From NCBI GenBank assembly GCA_035936715.1, contig DASYVU010000194.1, positions 223 to 64,222 of the forward strand: DNA of 64,000 nucleotides, given 5' to 3'. Under the pieces are notes generated by a model, which was given only the letters and a program-made list of their open reading frames with translations, did no database searches and was not told the origin of the DNA. Shown here one piece after another: positions 50,283 to 60,066 of this stretch. The first letter of the stretch is position 1; each line of letters begins with the position of its first letter. Both the position numbers and the translations under genes were made by a program. The DNA is from Gemmatimonadaceae bacterium. GTDB taxonomy: Bacteria > Gemmatimonadota > Gemmatimonadetes > Gemmatimonadales > Gemmatimonadaceae.

Positions 50283-50405
50283 CTTCGGTGTATCGATCGG
50301 GACGCTTCGACTGGCATCCACAAAGCTGAAGCAGGGGAACTGTCAGCTTGTAAGCTGAAGCTCAGAGTGTGGGTATCAGATAGCGAGTCAATCCAGACGC
50401 CGAAG
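50283..50405. repeat. Degenerate long inverted repeat upstream of the bacilliredoxin gene
   Basis: CTTCGGTGT…CGCT…CCACA pairs with TGTGG…AGCG…ACGCCGAAG; inner perfect hairpin TCAGCTT-GT-AAGCTGA. Confidence 0.55.
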
Positions 50406-50459
50406 CAGTTATTATTCAGGTACCAACCAGGTCATTCGCCAAAACCGAGGCTATAGACG

Positions 50460-50891
50460 ATGTACGATGAAAGATTCGTGACCCCGATGCGCCAGGAGCT
50501 CACTCAGCTCGGCGTCGAAGAAATGCGCACCGCTCAGGAAGTCGATGCCAAGCTCAAGGGTGCGCAAGGCACCACGCTCGTGGTTGTCAATTCCGTCTGC
50601 GGCTGTGCCGCGAGGAATGCGAGACCCGCTGTAGCGAAGGCGATCCAGCACGACACCAGGCCCGACACGCTGACCACCGTGTTCGCCGGACAGGACGTCG
50701 ACGCCGTGCAGAGAGCGCGCAGCTACTTCACGGGCTACGCGCCGAGCTCACCGCAGATTGGTCTGCTCAAGGATGGGAAGCTCGTCTTCATACTGGAGCG
50801 TCATCAGATCGAAGGCCGCACCTCAGATGACATCGCGCAGGATCTGATGGGCGCGTTCGACAAGTACTGCGAAAAGACTGCTGCTGCGTAG
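50460..50891 (+). CDS. Bacilliredoxin (BrxA/BrxB, YphP/YqiW family)
   Basis: NSVCGCAA..ARP, TVFAGQD, PSSP and ERHQIEGR. Confidence 0.93.
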   Translation: MYDERFVTPMRQELTQLGVEEMRTAQEVDAKLKGAQGTTLVVVNSVCGCAARNARPAVAKAIQHDTRPDTLTTVFAGQDVDAVQRARSYFTGYAPSSPQIGLLKDGKLVFILERHQIEGRTSDDIAQDLMGAFDKYCEKTAAA

Positions 50892-50901
50892 GCGAGACTT
50901 T

Positions 50902-51096
50902 AACTACAACTGAACGGGTGCGAGACGTCAGTAGCACAGTTGCTAGTTGTCAGTTCACTACGCCCGGACTTTACTAGCGCTCTTCAGGGTACAGGCAAAG
51001 GCCGGTACCGTAGGACTACTCAGGGAAAGTCTGGGCGTCGTGAACTGATCACTGGCAGCTACGCCACTGACGACTCGCACCAGTTCCGCTGCAGTC
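50902..51096. repeat. 71-bp imperfect inverted repeat forming a 195-nt rod-like hairpin
   Basis: 50902-50972 versus the reverse complement of 51026-51096 match at 56/71 positions without gaps (hand alignment). Confidence 0.85.
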
Positions 51097-51127
51097 GAAC
51101 TTCAGCCGCGAGCAAGAAGCCTGGAGC

Positions 51128-51739
51128 CTATAGCTCGTTCCGCTGCCTTCGCTCGATGAAGGGCTGGCCATCGGGAAGCGTCTGGGGCTCTACCTCTCTC
51201 CCCGTCTCCTTGAGCACGCGCCCGCGGATGAACGACACCGTGAGGCCGAGCAGTAACGCCCACACCGTTATGCCGAGCACGCGCCAGAATACCACGCCGG
51301 TGGCCATCGCCTGCCAGTCCACGAACTCCGCGCGTGCCGTGCCCCAGGGCTCGCGGTGCAGCGCGATGAGCGCCAGGCTCACCAGCATCTCGCCCGCCGT
51401 CTCGAACACGGCGAACAGCGGCGCGCGCCACGGCCACTCTCGCACCGGAAATCTCCCCAGGTGCAGCGTCGCCATTCCGAGCAGGAATAGCGTCCCCAGT
51501 ACGAGCGACGCGACGAGGTAGGAGCTGGTCGCCGTGCCGTGGGTGAGGACGACGGCGCGGAAGAGACGGATGACCACGCCCGTGATCACCGCAAGCTCTA
51601 CCGGTGATCGCGCGATCCTGGTGAATGCTGCCGGCTCTTCGAAATCCCATTCGCTCGACTTGAACAGCCGGCGGCGCTTCTCGACGGGATGGGGCTTCGT
51701 CACGGCCTCCAATGTAACTCCCGAGTAGATGTCGTCCAT
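51128..51739 (-). CDS. Hypothetical membrane protein
   Basis: Four TM helices, CAGGA SD and HLG.FP.R.W.WRAP.F. Confidence 0.75.
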   Translation of the reverse strand: MDDIYSGVTLEAVTKPHPVEKRRRLFKSSEWDFEEPAAFTRIARSPVELAVITGVVIRLFRAVVLTHGTATSSYLVASLVLGTLFLLGMATLHLGRFPVREWPWRAPLFAVFETAGEMLVSLALIALHREPWGTARAEFVDWQAMATGVVFWRVLGITVWALLLGLTVSFIRGRVLKETGREVEPQTLPDGQPFIERRQRNEL

Positions 51740-51812
51740 AGATTGTCCTGCTGAATCATGGGAGGAAAAAGCTCTTCCTCTCGATTCGACGCCGTTCCCC
51801 CGGGATGCGTAA

Positions 51813-52598
51813 CTACTTTATCCAGTGTCCGATCCTGCTCCACCTGATGTCGGTGAGCATCGGCGCGGGGCGATCGCTGTCGTCCGCGTTGTACGAGTAG
51901 TACACGAAGAGCGGCTTGCCGCGAACGTTTTCCCTCGGCACGAATCCCCAGTAGCGGCTGTCCTTGGAGTTGTACCGGCTGTCGCCCATCATGAAAAGCC
52001 TGTGAGCCAGCACGACGAGCGGACCCCAGTTGTCGTGGCTCGGCTGCGCGGGCGCCGCTCCAAATCGTGATGACTTGAGACCGACCTTCTTCTGCCAGTT
52101 GAACAATGGATCGACAGAGCTCGCCATCGCCGGATCGATCTGTGTAGCGATGCCGTATCCCTGACGCTGAGCGATTCCGTTTACATACAGAACTCCGTTC
52201 CGCATGAAAAGCGTGTCGCCCGGAGTTCCGACCAGCCGCTTCACCAGCGTCGGCGTCGGATCTCGCCCCGCGGAATCCTCGTCTGCCTGGTATGGCGAGA
52301 CGAATACCACGACGTCACCGCGACGCGGCTCTCGGTACGCCGGAAGGCTCGTATGCGTGAATGGCACATGAGCTCCGAAGATCGCCTTGTTCACGAAAAG
52401 CCAGTCGCCCACGAGGAGCGTCGGGATCATGCTGCCCGACGGGATGCGGTAAGCCTCGACGAGGAATGCCCGCAGGAGGAGAAAGATCGCCAGCGCGCCG
52501 ACGATCGACTTGAAATTCTCCCAGAGGTTTTTGGCGCGGGACTGCTGCGAAACGGGGCGCACCTTTTGAGCGCGCCCCGCATTTGACGGAGTTGCCAA
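51813..52598 (-). CDS. lepB: Signal peptidase I
   Basis: IPSGSM.PTL..GD, VKR.VG.PGD and MGD.R.NSKDSRYWGFVP. Confidence 0.95.
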   Translation of the reverse strand: MATPSNAGRAQKVRPVSQQSRAKNLWENFKSIVGALAIFLLLRAFLVEAYRIPSGSMIPTLLVGDWLFVNKAIFGAHVPFTHTSLPAYREPRRGDVVVFVSPYQADEDSAGRDPTPTLVKRLVGTPGDTLFMRNGVLYVNGIAQRQGYGIATQIDPAMASSVDPLFNWQKKVGLKSSRFGAAPAQPSHDNWGPLVVLAHRLFMMGDSRYNSKDSRYWGFVPRENVRGKPLFVYYSYNADDSDRPAPMLTDIRWSRIGHWIK

Positions 52599-52604
52599 AG
52601 GAGC

Positions 52605-52991
52605 TTAGGGGTTTCTGAGGTGTTTGTTGACGAGTCGGGTCATCTCGAACATGGAGACCTGGCCGCGGCCGAAGATCGGACGGAGGTTCTCGTCGGCGTT
52701 GATCATGCGGCGGTTCTTCGAATCCTGGAGACCTTTCCGCTTGATGTACTGCCAGAGTTTCTTGGTGACTTCCGTGCGTGGCATCGGTGAGCTGCCCACT
52801 ACCGAGGCGAGATCGCTGCTCGGTTGCATCGGCTTCATGAATGCCGCGTTCGGCGTGCGCTTCTTGCCCGAGGATTTCCGGCGGCTGCTCTTCCGACCGC
52901 CTTTCTTTGCCGCTTTTCTAGATGACTTTCTGGCCGAAGACTTCCGGGACGAGGACTTCTTCCTTCCTTTGCTCTTCTTTTTTGCTGCCAT
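52605..52991 (-). CDS. SWIB/MDM2-domain protein with histone-like Lys/Arg/Ser N-tail
   Basis: AFMKP..PS..LA.VVG..P.PRTEVTKKLW.YIK..GLQD…INAD..L and SMFEMT.LV.KHL; CAGGAG SD. Confidence 0.92.
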   Translation of the reverse strand: MAAKKKSKGRKKSSSRKSSARKSSRKAAKKGGRKSSRRKSSGKKRTPNAAFMKPMQPSSDLASVVGSSPMPRTEVTKKLWQYIKRKGLQDSKNRRMINADENLRPIFGRGQVSMFEMTRLVNKHLRNP

Positions 52992-53176
52992 CTTGTCTCC
53001 TGGTTTGGTGATCGGATGCGAGTTGCTACAGAGAGTGAAGCGCCGTCCGTCAGGGGAGCAAACTATAGCGCCGTAAGGCGAAAGCAATAGGGAATCGAAA
53101 GACTTTCCCTATGAGAAACACGGAATTCCAGAGGGGAAAAGCAGGATTCTGCGCCCACGACCACCGGGGCTCCTCC

Positions 53177-54070
53177 TCATTCCCCCGTCAATTCCTCCAG
53201 CAGATTCACCATTTTTACGTCGTACGGGTCGGGCGAATCGTCGTCGTCGGCTATGTCGTAGTTCTGCTGGGGCGTCTCCAGAATGAGAGGAATTCCGCTG
53301 CTGCGCGGGTCCTTCATGAGCCACTCGAACGGCTGCTTGCCAATGCGTCCGTCCCCTATGAGAACGTGCCGATCCCTGTTGGACCCGAGCTCGCCCTCGC
53401 TGTCGTTCAAATGAAAAAAAGAAGGTGGCTCACCTGTGGTTTCTTCGAACTCCTTGAGTGTCGCGGTGAACGCCTGCTTCGACTCGGTGATGTCGTAGCC
53501 CGAGGAGAACAGGTGGCAGGTGTCCAGTCCGTAGCCTGTTCTCCCCCGGAGAGACTTGGGAACGTGGGAGAGAATCTCTCCGACTTCCTGCGCTGTCTTT
53601 CCCATCGTCTTTCCGGCTCCCGCGGTATTCTCCACCAGCAGTCGCGTCTCCGAATCAATCGTCTCGAGAGCAACGACAATCGCCTTCGCGATCCGCTTGG
53701 CCGAATCCGCGCGGTCGCTCGCGCCGGCTGAACCGGGATGAAAGCAGACTGAGCCGACGCCGAGGGCGCTCGACCTCTCCAGCTCCTTGGTGAGTCCCGC
53801 GCTAGCCCTCGCCCATTTTCCGTCGTCGGGCGTCGCGACGCTCAGGACGTAGGCCGCGTGGACGACAACATTCGCCGGCTTGATCTTGGTTTTCGCCAGC
53901 GCCGCCTTGAAGCGGGCGACACGCTCCGGCTTGATTGTTGACTTGTCGCCGTAGAAGCGCGGGATGGCGGTGAAAACCTGGAGCGCGGTCATTCCTGCTT
54001 TCCCGGCGCGAAGGACAGCCATGTGGATGCCGCCGTTGTCGATTGTGTGCGCGCCGAGGTAGCGAGGCAT
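53177..54070 (-). CDS. nfo: Endonuclease IV
   Basis: LGAH, QVFT, HAAY, HPGS, ENTAG, DTCH, HLNDS, DRH..IG.G.IG and ILETP. Confidence 0.93.
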   Translation of the reverse strand: MPRYLGAHTIDNGGIHMAVLRAGKAGMTALQVFTAIPRFYGDKSTIKPERVARFKAALAKTKIKPANVVVHAAYVLSVATPDDGKWARASAGLTKELERSSALGVGSVCFHPGSAGASDRADSAKRIAKAIVVALETIDSETRLLVENTAGAGKTMGKTAQEVGEILSHVPKSLRGRTGYGLDTCHLFSSGYDITESKQAFTATLKEFEETTGEPPSFFHLNDSEGELGSNRDRHVLIGDGRIGKQPFEWLMKDPRSSGIPLILETPQQNYDIADDDDSPDPYDVKMVNLLEELTGE

Positions 54071-54185
54071 GTCGCTGGCCTTTGCAATTACTCTACCGTG
54101 GGTCGAACGTACGGAGCAAAATCCCTGTGGGTGTTGCGACTGCGCGCACAGAGTCTGATAATAGAAACGTATCTTTCGCTGGACC

Positions 54186-54953
54186 ATGCGAGATCTAACC
54201 GTTCACCTCTCTCTGCTCTGCCTGATACCGGCAGCCCTTCAGGCACAGGCCAACCCCGTGAGCGACATCCTCACGGGACGCGTTACGGATCTGACCGGTA
54301 GACCCGTGACGGACGCACAGGTCGGTGCGACATCTCGGCGCACCGGCGTGACACGCTCGTGCGTGACTGATGTCGAGGGTCGCTACAAGATCTATTTCCC
54401 GGAGACCGCGCCAGAATACACTCTGCTGGTGAAGCGGATGGGTTTTAGTCCGGTGCAGCGGAAGATCACCCGGCGAACGGCCGGTCCCGAAGAAATGACC
54501 GTCGATGTTCAGTTCGGCGGCGCGCCGCTGGCGCTTTCGGTAGTGGAGATTTCGGGCTCAGAGGTGGCGGCTCCGCCTCGGCCGGAGCAGGCTCTCAGGT
54601 TCGACGCGACCGTTCCGAATCCGGTATCGGATATTCTCGCGCTCAAGGACACCCTGCATCTGACTGCTGTTCAGATCGTGGGACTCACCGATCTGGCCGA
54701 CACGCTTCAGGCGAATAACACCCGCATCTACAGGAACATCAGGATGCTCCTGGCGAAATCTCAGGAGGCGGGCGACGCAACCCAGATGGCCGGCAGCGTT
54801 GCGATAATGCTGGAGGAAGCATCGGGCAATACGACGCGCGCCGTGGCCGGAGCGGAAAAACTCCTGCGGCAGGAACAGTGGGCAATTCTTCCCCCAGAGA
54901 TCAGGGACCGGCTGGATACGGAGAACAAGGCACAGGCTTCCCTGAAGCAATAG
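54186..54953 (+). CDS. Secreted protein with carboxypeptidase-regulatory-like domain
   Basis: Signal peptide, GRVTD..G.PV..A.V and TD..GRY.I. Confidence 0.75.
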   Translation: MRDLTVHLSLLCLIPAALQAQANPVSDILTGRVTDLTGRPVTDAQVGATSRRTGVTRSCVTDVEGRYKIYFPETAPEYTLLVKRMGFSPVQRKITRRTAGPEEMTVDVQFGGAPLALSVVEISGSEVAAPPRPEQALRFDATVPNPVSDILALKDTLHLTAVQIVGLTDLADTLQANNTRIYRNIRMLLAKSQEAGDATQMAGSVAIMLEEASGNTTRAVAGAEKLLRQEQWAILPPEIRDRLDTENKAQASLKQ

Positions 54954-54987
54954 CGGTTCTTTCGCATCCTCTGGCGGCCGATCTACA

Positions 54988-55794
54988 TCACCGCCAGACC
55001 CCGACACGATACCCGATCCGGTCCCCGGATTTTCCAGCAGCGTTCTCGCCGGGCTTCCACCAGACAGTGATCTTACGATGATCGAGAGTGACCCATGGTC
55101 CGACGGCTGGCACGTCGTCTGGAGTTGCTTCGTCCCGCGCCTCGAAGATGTGCCCCGTGGAATGCGACAGCACTATGCCGATCCTGGGCGTCATCGCATT
55201 AGGATCTTCAAAGACGACGACGACGCTGTCGCCATTCGCCGCAACGCTCGCTGCCACAGGCGCGTTGCCATAGACCACCGGGACGGGTGAGTGAAACATT
55301 CCGCCCTTGTCCATCGAGTGCGCGAAGAAAACACCCGCGCCGTCTTTCGCCTCGATGAAATAGACGAGGTGCAGGTAACCGCGCGCGGGATCGTAGAAGA
55401 TTCCCGACGCGGGTCGGTCACATCCCCGGCGGCCACGGTCACGAGTTTCCACGACGACGGGAAGCTCCCAGCTCGCGCCACGATCAGGGGAGTGCTGTAT
55501 CGACAGCACGACGCTGCTGTCGCTCCGCGCCGTCCACCACACCCGAAAGAGATCCGAGCCAACGTTCGCAGTGCGAATCGAGCTGAGACATTGAGCGACG
55601 CCTCCGCTGACGGAGGGGAGATTGGCGCTCAGGACCACGCTTCGCGTGTCGGGATCGCCCAACTGCGATCCGCGGTAGGAGATATCACCCCAATCGACGG
55701 GCTCGGCCAGACACGCGGTCACGAGCAGCACGGCCGGGCAGGACAACGCCACCCGAGAGTAACGCGCCACCGCGCACCTTAATCCATATCTCAT
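54988..55794 (-). CDS. Lipoprotein with BNR/Asp-box repeats
   Basis: Lipobox VTAC and S.D.G.SW, S.D.G..F, S.S.G..F Asp-box-like repeats. Confidence 0.7.
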   Translation of the reverse strand: MRYGLRCAVARYSRVALSCPAVLLVTACLAEPVDWGDISYRGSQLGDPDTRSVVLSANLPSVSGGVAQCLSSIRTANVGSDLFRVWWTARSDSSVVLSIQHSPDRGASWELPVVVETRDRGRRGCDRPASGIFYDPARGYLHLVYFIEAKDGAGVFFAHSMDKGGMFHSPVPVVYGNAPVAASVAANGDSVVVVFEDPNAMTPRIGIVLSHSTGHIFEARDEATPDDVPAVGPWVTLDHRKITVWWKPGENAAGKSGDRIGYRVGVWR

Positions 55795-55950
55795 TCGCCC
55801 ACATTACTCGGCCGCACGAGAGGGGAGAAGGCTAGCGGCCTCGCCGCGAAGGCGTCTGAGAGTGCGCGCACGCCCGCAGGGGTGGGTTTTGAGGCAGCAC
55901 GCCGTATCTTTCGAATAGTTGTTCCGCCCGCCATCTCGAGGAATTCAGGA

Positions 55951-57705
55951 ATGTCCGCCTCCGCAGTCCGTCCCGCGCGCACAACTTCCGGCGCACCTAG
56001 CTCGTCCGGCACTTCCAGCAATGACGACAAACTTGGCGCTGAGAGTGTTTCGCCCGAGATCGCGGCGCGTGCACTCACGGGGTTCAACGGAAATCGGCGA
56101 GTCCCGCCGCCCGTCAACGAGCCGATAAAAACCTATGCACCGGGATCACCGGAGCGCGCTGAGCTCAAGGCCCGCCTCCAGACGATGTCGAATGAGCGAG
56201 TAGACATCCCTCTCATCATCGGCGGAAACGAGGTACACACCGGCGCGCTCGCCGAATCAGTGATGCCGCATAATCACCGGCACGTTCTGGCCAGTTGGCA
56301 TCGCGCCAGCCCCGAGCACGTGGACCAGGCGGTGAAGGCTGCACAACACGCAGCAAAGGATTGGGCGAATTGGGCGTGGGAAGATCGTGCCGCTGTCTTC
56401 TTGAAAGCGGCAGAGCTGCTGGCGACGACCTGGAGAGCCACGCTCAACGCGGCAACGATGCTTGGTCAGTCGAAGACGGCCTTCCAGGCGGAGATCGATG
56501 CCGCGTGCGAGCTGATCGACTTCTGGAGATTCAATCCGCACTACGCGCAGAGCCTCTACGACGAGCAGCCACTCAGCGACCGCACGATGTGGAATCAGCT
56601 CGACTACCGTCCGCTCGAAGGATTCGTCTATGCGGTGACCCCGTTCAACTTTACGTCGATCGCGGGAAATCTTCCGACCGCACCGGCGCTGATGGGAAAT
56701 ACGGTTGTCTGGAAGCCGGCCTCGAGCGCGATGCTGAGCGCGTACTACATCATGAAGCTGCTCGAGGAAGCGGGACTTCCTCCGGGCGTCATCAACTTCG
56801 TCCCGGGCGATCCGGGCATGATCTCCGACAAGCTGCTCTCGAATCGCGATCTCGCCGGCGTGCACTTCACGGGCAGCACGGCGGTCTTCAACAGCATGTG
56901 GAAGACGATCGGCGCCAGCATGTCGCGCTATAAGTCGTACCCGCGGATCGTTGGCGAAACCGGCGGCAAGGACTTCATCGTCGCGCATCCTTCAGCCGAT
57001 CCGGCCGCGCTCTCGGTCGCGATCGCCCGGGGAGGATTCGAGTATCAGGGACAGAAGTGCTCCGCCGCAAGCAGAGTCTACATCCCGGAATCAATCTGGC
57101 CGGAAGTGCGTGATCGCACCGTCGCCATCATGAAGGACATAAAAATGGGGGACGTCACCGACTTCCGGAATTTCATGGGCGCGGTGATAGACAAGAAAGC
57201 GTTCACCAAAATCGGCGAGTACCTCGATCACGGTCACAAGAACGCTACAGTCGTCTCGGGAGGAGTCGCGCGTGGCGAGGATGGCTATTTCATCGAGCCC
57301 ACACTGATCGAGACGAAGGATCCGGGTTATCGCCTGCTCTGCGAGGAGATCTTCGGGCCGGTGGTAACGGTACACGTCTATCCGGACTCCAGGTGGGCGG
57401 AGACGCTGCGTATTGTCGACGAGACTTCTCCCTACGCGCTGACGGGCGCGGTGTTCAGCAGGGATCGGCAGGCCATCAGGCAGGCAGCGCTGACTCTGCG
57501 CAACGCGGCCGGAAATTTCTACATCAACGACAAGCCCACCGGCGCGGTCGTTGGACAGCAGCCATTCGGAGGCGCTCGCGGCTCGGGAACAAACGATAAG
57601 GCCGGTTCGAAGCTCAACCTCGTACGTTGGATCAGCCCCCGAACCATCAAAGAGACCTTCTCGCCACCGACTGACTATCGGTACCCGTTCATGGCCGAGG
57701 AGTAA
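55951..57705 (+). CDS. pruA: L-glutamate gamma-semialdehyde (P5C) dehydrogenase
   Basis: QAEIDAACE, PFNFT, FTGST, GETGGK, YQGQKCSA, EEIFGP and NDKPTGAVVGQQPFGG. Confidence 0.95.
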   Translation: MSASAVRPARTTSGAPSSSGTSSNDDKLGAESVSPEIAARALTGFNGNRRVPPPVNEPIKTYAPGSPERAELKARLQTMSNERVDIPLIIGGNEVHTGALAESVMPHNHRHVLASWHRASPEHVDQAVKAAQHAAKDWANWAWEDRAAVFLKAAELLATTWRATLNAATMLGQSKTAFQAEIDAACELIDFWRFNPHYAQSLYDEQPLSDRTMWNQLDYRPLEGFVYAVTPFNFTSIAGNLPTAPALMGNTVVWKPASSAMLSAYYIMKLLEEAGLPPGVINFVPGDPGMISDKLLSNRDLAGVHFTGSTAVFNSMWKTIGASMSRYKSYPRIVGETGGKDFIVAHPSADPAALSVAIARGGFEYQGQKCSAASRVYIPESIWPEVRDRTVAIMKDIKMGDVTDFRNFMGAVIDKKAFTKIGEYLDHGHKNATVVSGGVARGEDGYFIEPTLIETKDPGYRLLCEEIFGPVVTVHVYPDSRWAETLRIVDETSPYALTGAVFSRDRQAIRQAALTLRNAAGNFYINDKPTGAVVGQQPFGGARGSGTNDKAGSKLNLVRWISPRTIKETFSPPTDYRYPFMAEE

Positions 57706-57712
57706 GCGCCGA

Positions 57713-60064
57713 CTAGAATCGCGCTTCGACGTACAGGTTCGTGCGCACCGCTTTTTCGGGATAGATGCCTTTCGCGACGTCGATCCGAATCAGACCGTCC
57801 ATGAACGACGCGCCGACTCCCGCGCCACTCAACGGACGCCCCGGATGCGAAAAGTTTGTACGGCTCCCCGCCCAGCCGACATCGCCGAAGACGATCTTGC
57901 GGAAACCCGGCCACCCCGTGCCGAGCTCGGCGCTCGTCATCCAGAACGAATCGCCGATCGCCGCGCCGGTTTTCTGACCGCGCACCGTCTGAACGCCGCC
58001 GAGGAAGAATTGCTTCTGTATCGGCAGATGTCCGCCTGAGGTGCCTCCACCCAGTGTCAAAGCTCCATCGACCGCGTGACCCAAACCGTGCGACAGAGTC
58101 GTCTGCGCCGATCCACGCGAATAATCGAACGTCCCCGCAGCGCCTTCGAGCTTGATGTCGGTCAGCGCACGGAATCCATGGGGATCGAGCCCGAACGAGG
58201 AGTGATGCCCTACTGCGAGCCCAACGATCTTCCCATTCAGAGCATCGATGTTCATAAGAGTGCCTTTCACGCCGCCAGGGTGCGCAATGGAGAATTCCGT
58301 CTGCACCGTCGCGTCGAACTGCTGCTCGGCGAAAAGCCGCCAATTGTTGATGAGCCCATGATCCTTCTGACCTTTCAGCTCCGCGCCCCACGTCCGGTAG
58401 TAAAACCCTTCGTCGCGCCCGAAGAACAGAGCGGACAGAGAGCTGCTAAAGCCGAGTGGGTCGCCCCAGTCGTTGGATGCGACGAGACGACGGTAAACGC
58501 CGACACCAATAGTGCGCCGGCCATCGGTGCGATCCAGCGACAGCTCGCCGTTGGGAGAGAGATCCGCTGCACCCAGCCGAAAGAGCGCGTGCGCCGAATA
58601 TCCGCCACCCAGTACCTGGTCCGCGGCGACCGCTGTGGAGAACCCCTCAATCCGATTGAAGCGGGTATACGGCAAGCCATAGGAAATGTCCGCGTGCTGT
58701 GGCGCGAACTCCGGTTGCGCGCCGAGGGTAAGCGCCTCTGATACGAGCGCATCCCGCTCTGCCGATCCGAACACTGCTTCGCCGTCGTCGTAGATCGATT
58801 TCGGAAGCTCGGGCGAATGTGCGAGCGCGACCGAATCGCAGGGAGTCACCACGCGAATACGCAACGTTTCACTAGATCTGTATTGCGTGCGAATCCGCTC
58901 CGTTCCGTTCTTGCACTCGGAGCTGCGCCGCTCCCTTCGCGCCGCACGGGAGACGGAGTCCCGCGCGGTGTCGCCGACCACGATCGTCAGATCGGGCATC
59001 GGATCGGTCCCGTTCACGCTTGCGTAAGCGAATCGCTGCTCGAGCTTGAACGGGATGTGCAGGAAGCTCACCTGCGCGTCGCCTTCGATCGTCTGCGCGC
59101 GCGGCAGCCAGAACCTTCCTTCGTGCAGCCCGTACTCGACTGTTATCGCGCTTACCATCGCCTTCATGGGCATGATCATCGGTTTCACCCAGCGCGGTAT
59201 GTCGTCTTCTGGGTCTTTCGTGTCTTCGTTCGTTTCCTTGGCGACGGCCATGATGTCCATCTCCTGCGCCATGCGGTAAACGGCGCGCACGAGATGGGCA
59301 GTCGATACGTCGAACCAGAGAGAGCCGACGGCGACATTCCATTTCGGCTGACGTGGACGGATTAGCAGCTCGCGCAGCTCGATGCGCTGACCGCCCGGCA
59401 ATTGAAAGCTCACCGAGTCGCCCGACGCATAGGTGTAGTACGCCTCCGCGCCAGCAGCGAGCGGATGAATGATCTCATCTTCGCTGACGTCCGCCTTGGC
59501 GAGCCCGGAGCCGATCCACAGCGTTTCACGTCCGGGGGAATACGGAATGTCGCCGCCACAGCAAAGGTTGATGTCCCCGTTTCCCACTCCCTCGATCATC
59601 GGGAATGCGCTGCGCTGCCCTTTGACCTCCACCACCGCGCCTTTGTCGCGCTGCCACATTACGTGCGTCGCCCGCTCGGCGCGCATCAGCAGCCGGTCGC
59701 GACCGATCCGCTTGAACCCCATCCCGACCGACACCCGCTCATATGCGCTCGCATCGTAAGCCATGAGCGTCGAATCCTGGATGAGTCTCGCTTGGCGCGC
59801 CTGAAGGAGAAGGTCTCTGGCGCGCGAATCCTTGAATGCAGATGCAAGAACGGCTGGAGTAACCGCTGGGCGCCTCGCGATTCGAATCGCCTTCCGCACC
59901 GAGTCTTTCACGCGGGCTCTCTCGATCATCGAATCCCGACGCGCCTCGCGCCGGACGCCGATCGAGTCGCGTTTGGCCCGTGCGGCACTGTCCGGGTTGT
60001 CTTTTCCGATTTGCAGGCTGACGTGCGCCTGCGCAAAAACGAGGACACCGAGAAACGGAAGCAT
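57713..60064 (-). CDS. Outer-membrane protein with C-terminal Omp85-like barrel
   Basis: RFNRIEG, LP.QK.F.LGG..TVRG, FGDVGWAG and C-terminal EARF. Confidence 0.72.
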   Translation of the reverse strand: MLPFLGVLVFAQAHVSLQIGKDNPDSAARAKRDSIGVRREARRDSMIERARVKDSVRKAIRIARRPAVTPAVLASAFKDSRARDLLLQARQARLIQDSTLMAYDASAYERVSVGMGFKRIGRDRLLMRAERATHVMWQRDKGAVVEVKGQRSAFPMIEGVGNGDINLCCGGDIPYSPGRETLWIGSGLAKADVSEDEIIHPLAAGAEAYYTYASGDSVSFQLPGGQRIELRELLIRPRQPKWNVAVGSLWFDVSTAHLVRAVYRMAQEMDIMAVAKETNEDTKDPEDDIPRWVKPMIMPMKAMVSAITVEYGLHEGRFWLPRAQTIEGDAQVSFLHIPFKLEQRFAYASVNGTDPMPDLTIVVGDTARDSVSRAARRERRSSECKNGTERIRTQYRSSETLRIRVVTPCDSVALAHSPELPKSIYDDGEAVFGSAERDALVSEALTLGAQPEFAPQHADISYGLPYTRFNRIEGFSTAVAADQVLGGGYSAHALFRLGAADLSPNGELSLDRTDGRRTIGVGVYRRLVASNDWGDPLGFSSSLSALFFGRDEGFYYRTWGAELKGQKDHGLINNWRLFAEQQFDATVQTEFSIAHPGGVKGTLMNIDALNGKIVGLAVGHHSSFGLDPHGFRALTDIKLEGAAGTFDYSRGSAQTTLSHGLGHAVDGALTLGGGTSGGHLPIQKQFFLGGVQTVRGQKTGAAIGDSFWMTSAELGTGWPGFRKIVFGDVGWAGSRTNFSHPGRPLSGAGVGASFMDGLIRIDVAKGIYPEKAVRTNLYVEARF

Positions 60065-60066
60065 TC

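Noticed and set aside
50940-51521. 193-aa plus-strand ORF
   Set aside because: Runs through the inverted repeat and antisense to a membrane-protein gene; no protein-like features
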